Shown here: piece after piece, positions 31,763-34,695 of the stretch
How positions within the stretch are numbered: position 1 is the first letter of the stretch
Layout of the letters: every line of letters begins with the position of its first letter
Assembly: GCA_964452565.1 (NCBI GenBank)
Contig: CAYVLY010000002.1
Coordinates: forward strand, 185,166-219,860
Direction: 5' to 3'
Origin: an uncultured Gammaproteobacteria bacterium
GTDB taxonomy: Bacteria > Patescibacteriota > Patescibacteriia > UBA9934
DNA: 34,695 nt
Program-made: the position numbers and the translations under genes
The notes under the pieces: model-generated
What the model saw: the letters and a program-made list of their open reading frames with translations, nothing else
Told to the model about the DNA's origin: nothing
Database searches by the model: none

Positions 31763-31791
31763 ATAGTACGGTAAATCTTGCTAAAAGTCAA
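31763..31791 (-). promoter_or_regulatory. Promoter TTGACT-N17-TACTAT for the nucleotidyltransferase gene
   Basis: Minus-strand hexamers at 31786-31791 and 31763-31768. Confidence 0.55.
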
Positions 31792-31795
31792 AATG

Positions 31796-32174
31796 AAAAA
31801 CTCGACTGGGGTAGAACCAGCCGAGCTCAAGAGAACTACCTTCCCATGTGTAGTTTAGGTGTTTGCGGTATTTTATCGGGGACTCAACAGCCGAGAGGAT
31901 GGGGTGGAATCTAAATAGCTTTTCCCGATCGGAGTTCCTGTGCAGGACCTCGTCTTACCGGAGCTATAAGCAAGATTTCGACGTATCGGAATCAGCTACC
32001 AGTGCTCTCCACACACATTATCGTCGACCGGGGTCAAACCCGTACTGCAACACCCTTGCTACCGCTGAGACGTACAAAGCATCGCCGGGGCCGCGCCGCA
32101 TGCACGTATGGGGCCACCATCTGCCGGTTTCCAACCGTTGGATGGTGCAGGGAAGGATAGATGTTAAGAGACGA
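31796..32174 (-). ncRNA. Candidate structured non-coding transcript (about 380 nt), class unknown
   Basis: Bounded by a TTGACA-N17-TATATT promoter (32181-32209) and a hairpin plus T5 terminator (31796-31825). No SD-led or convincing ORF on this strand. GC-rich with several helices, e.g. CACCATC...GATGGTG enclosing CGGTT-GGAA-AACCG. Confidence 0.45.
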
Positions 32175-32180
32175 GCAAGT

Positions 32181-32209
32181 AATATACCAAAAACCCTCGA
32201 TTTTGTCAA
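32181..32209 (-). promoter_or_regulatory. Promoter TTGACA-N17-TATATT of the orphan transcript
   Basis: Minus-strand hexamers at 32204-32209 and 32181-32186 with a 17-nt spacer. Same consensus as the cassette promoters. Confidence 0.65.
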
Positions 32210-32240
32210 GGATTGGCCCAGATATAGCATTTTGCACCCA

Positions 32241-32295
32241 AAAAAAGAAGAGGCCGGATCAGCGAGCATGCCATGCATGCTGCTAAACCGGCCTC
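32241..32295 (-). terminator. Intrinsic terminator of unit F
   Basis: Minus strand: GAGGCCGG...(inner AGCATGC/GCATGCT)...CCGGCCTC followed by TTCTTTTTTT. Confidence 0.75.
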
Positions 32296-32319
32296 ACGAA
32301 GAAGTCGAGGGTTGAAGGG

Positions 32320-33492
32320 CTAGTAGCCCCGTTTGCTGCTGCAGTTGAAGAGACCCCCGACATACCGGATGTCGTTTCGCCGATTCGGCATCTGCTGCTC
32401 CAGAGCATCAAACAGATCCTCCCTGATCAGACCCCGCTGCCGGAGCTGCTCAACCACCCTAAACACCACCATATTGAGGGGCTGCGACCACCCAACCGCA
32501 CCACAGATGGATTGGCCTTCAGTCACACCGAACCTCACGAACCGCTGAAGTTCATCTGCACTGCTGAACAGGCTCCTGAAGAGCTCAACCAGCTGTTCCT
32601 GACTGGTTCCGGAACGGCGCATCGTGGACTCGGGGGTGGAGGGCTCGCGCCGCTGAGGCACCGGACGGTCGCTGGCCTGCGTCTGGGCCTTGATCTCGGA
32701 CAGGGGCTTGCTCAACTCCTTGACGGCATCGGCAATCTCTTCCGGGTCGATCCGACCCTGGAAAATCTGCCAGGCACGCGGCAGCTCTTCCGGGACCAGA
32801 ACATCGATGGCTTGGAAGGAGTTGGTGATGCCGGATACGCAGACTTCACACCTGCGCCTGGCCAGGAGGAAGAGCGCACGAAGGTTCACGGACACATCGC
32901 TCCAGTCGGCGCCATCATCATCCACGCCGTCGTCGAGCGCAGCCACTTCACCCACTGATCTCTTCCAGGGATCCAGCTCCACGATCTCGTTGTCCTCGGT
33001 GATCGCAAGGGGACTCACAACCGGCATGGTGCCCATGTAGAACACGATGCTCGAGCCAGGGCCCTTGAGCTGCCAGAACCTCTTGGTGGTCTCGGGATCG
33101 TACTCCCCGCCAACCTTGTTCAGCACCACGCAGAGATCCATGTTGGCGAGCCTCTGGGCCGCCCGCTTCTTGTCCTTTGTGGGACGCTTCGGATCGGCCA
33201 GGACATCGGCGAGCTCCTCGGAATCCATCATGTGGATCTCCTTGGGTCCCTTCTCGAGGTTGACCGTGATCTCCGAAGGCATCGCCGGCGGAGCAGAGGC
33301 CACAGGCGGAGCCGCAGCCTCGGGATTGAGCCTGCCCACGACCTCGTAGGCCACGAACTCAGGAACTTCGAGCTTGGTCAGTTGACCCACCCTGAGGAAC
33401 TTGAGCCGATCCTCAGTGAGACCCATTTCGATCAGGCTGTCCGCCTGCTCTTCGGTGAGACCTGCATCCATCAGTTTCTTTTTGAAAGTCAT
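32320..33492 (-). CDS. GC-rich 390-aa protein with C-terminal effector-associated-domain (EAD, death-like) resemblance
   Basis: ATG is 8 nt after AAAGGA. The C-terminal about 90 aa (EQLVELFRSLFSSADELQRFVRFG...LNMVVFRVVEQLRQRGLIREDLFDALEQQMPNRRNDI) fits the helical EAD pattern as remembered. Pro/Ala linker after an N-terminal helical module. Confidence 0.6.
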   Translation of the reverse strand: MTFKKKLMDAGLTEEQADSLIEMGLTEDRLKFLRVGQLTKLEVPEFVAYEVVGRLNPEAAAPPVASAPPAMPSEITVNLEKGPKEIHMMDSEELADVLADPKRPTKDKKRAAQRLANMDLCVVLNKVGGEYDPETTKRFWQLKGPGSSIVFYMGTMPVVSPLAITEDNEIVELDPWKRSVGEVAALDDGVDDDGADWSDVSVNLRALFLLARRRCEVCVSGITNSFQAIDVLVPEELPRAWQIFQGRIDPEEIADAVKELSKPLSEIKAQTQASDRPVPQRREPSTPESTMRRSGTSQEQLVELFRSLFSSADELQRFVRFGVTEGQSICGAVGWSQPLNMVVFRVVEQLRQRGLIREDLFDALEQQMPNRRNDIRYVGGLFNCSSKRGY

Positions 33493-33687
33493 TACAACTT
33501 TCCTTTTGCGTTTTCCCTAAGGGGGCACTTTTCGACCCTTCCCTTTCCCGTGTGGTCACGTTACGGCCAATACACCGTAAACGCGAAAGCTCTATGTAGC
33601 CAAAACTACACACAACATTCGCGTTTACATAGCCTCTTACCTTATAAAAGAACGGTTGATAATAGCATAGGAAATACTACTTGTCAA
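33493..33687 (-). promoter_or_regulatory. Promoter TTGACA-N17-TATTAT plus about 160-nt structured leader of unit F
   Basis: Minus-strand hexamers at 33682-33687 and 33659-33664. The leader contains an 11-bp perfect stem (33577-33587 / 33618-33628) with a competing CTATGTA/TACATAG pairing. Confidence 0.6.
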
Positions 33688-33738
33688 TCCCTATACTATC
33701 AAAAAAATACTAAAATTCGCCGAAAACAAAAAATCTCC

Positions 33739-33857
33739 ATTATTCCGGCGACCACCTACTCTCGCCCTTCTGGACTACCATCGGCCCTACAGGCTTAACT
33801 TCCGTGTTCGGGATGGAAACGGGTGTGGCCCTGCAGGAAATGCCACCAGAATAATGG
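33739..33857 (-). rRNA. rrf: 5S rRNA
   Basis: Reverse complement reads ...CCCGTTTCCATCCCGAACACGGAAGTTAAGCC...GGGCGAGAGTAGGTGGTCGCCGG, with terminal helix TTATTCTGGTGGC / GTCGCCGGAATAA. Confidence 0.9.
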
Positions 33858-33939
33858 AGACTTTTAAAGCCTAATCTGATTGAATTTAGGGTCAAAATCA
33901 TTGAAATCATCTTTTACCATAAACGCCTTAAGCGAGTGG

Positions 33940-34695
<756 letters not shown>

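Noticed and set aside
31796-32174. Possibility that the orphan transcript is tmRNA, RNase P RNA, SRP RNA or 6S RNA
   Set aside because: - I searched by eye on both strands for the tmRNA 5' GGGGnTGA..TTCGAC and the 3' T-arm plus CCA.
- I also searched for RNase P GGAAAGTCC / ACAGAAnCCGGCTTA and for the SRP GGAA-capped domain IV.
- Only loose resemblances were found (GCTGATTCCGATACGTCGAAA, ACAGGAACTCCGATC), which is insufficient to call.
- A covariance-model scan is required.
31863-32315. 150-aa plus-strand ORF covering the candidate ncRNA region
   Set aside because: - It has a TTG start without an SD or promoter.
- The translation is R/S/P-rich and low-complexity.
- It extends through unit F's terminator to within 5 nt of the convergent F stop.
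- Minus-strand promoter and terminator evidence is stronger.
- It remains the main alternative to the ncRNA interpretation.

Overview
The window looks like a chromosomal segment of a low-GC, small-genome bacterium. Gene content suggests a Patescibacteria/CPR-like lineage (inference): FemX-type ligase, split transketolase, RpiB-Rpe fusion, PfkB kinases and many short palindromic intergenic repeats. On the minus strand it ends in a 5S rRNA and the 3' ~750 nt of a 23S rRNA, and it carries one tRNA-Ala(UGC). There are about 27 ordinary CDS, including ruvA, ileS, pentose-phosphate and sugar-kinase genes, an L,D-transpeptidase, an EndoQ-like nuclease and a Lys-rich H1-like protein.

The most unusual feature is six visibly GC-richer insertions sitting in intergenic gaps between these genes: 2941-3248, 7201-8340, 14153-16442, 18599-19132, 25076-25588 and 31796-33687. 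Each is a self-contained unit with a near-consensus TTGACA-N17-TAnnnT promoter, a 5' leader with a Shine-Dalgarno site, a small ORFan (often TTG or GTG start) and a hairpin terminator.

The largest insertion (14153-16442) is a tandem array of four such cassettes. Their 5' modules (69 nt perfect repeat) and 3' modules (41 nt perfect repeat) are conserved, but the coding payloads look unrelated. Diverged copies of the same modules occur at two other loci.

The low-GC backbone genes are built differently. At least 10 of them have a -10 box exactly 8-9 nt upstream of the ATG and no SD, which suggests leaderless mRNAs.

One GC-rich unit (31796-32174) has a promoter and a terminator but no credible ORF, so it is a candidate structured ncRNA of unknown class. 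It sits next to a 390-aa protein whose C-terminus resembles an effector-associated (death-like) adaptor domain.

No CRISPR array, transposase, integrase or recombinase is visible. All functional calls come from reading the translated ORFs by eye, with no database search.
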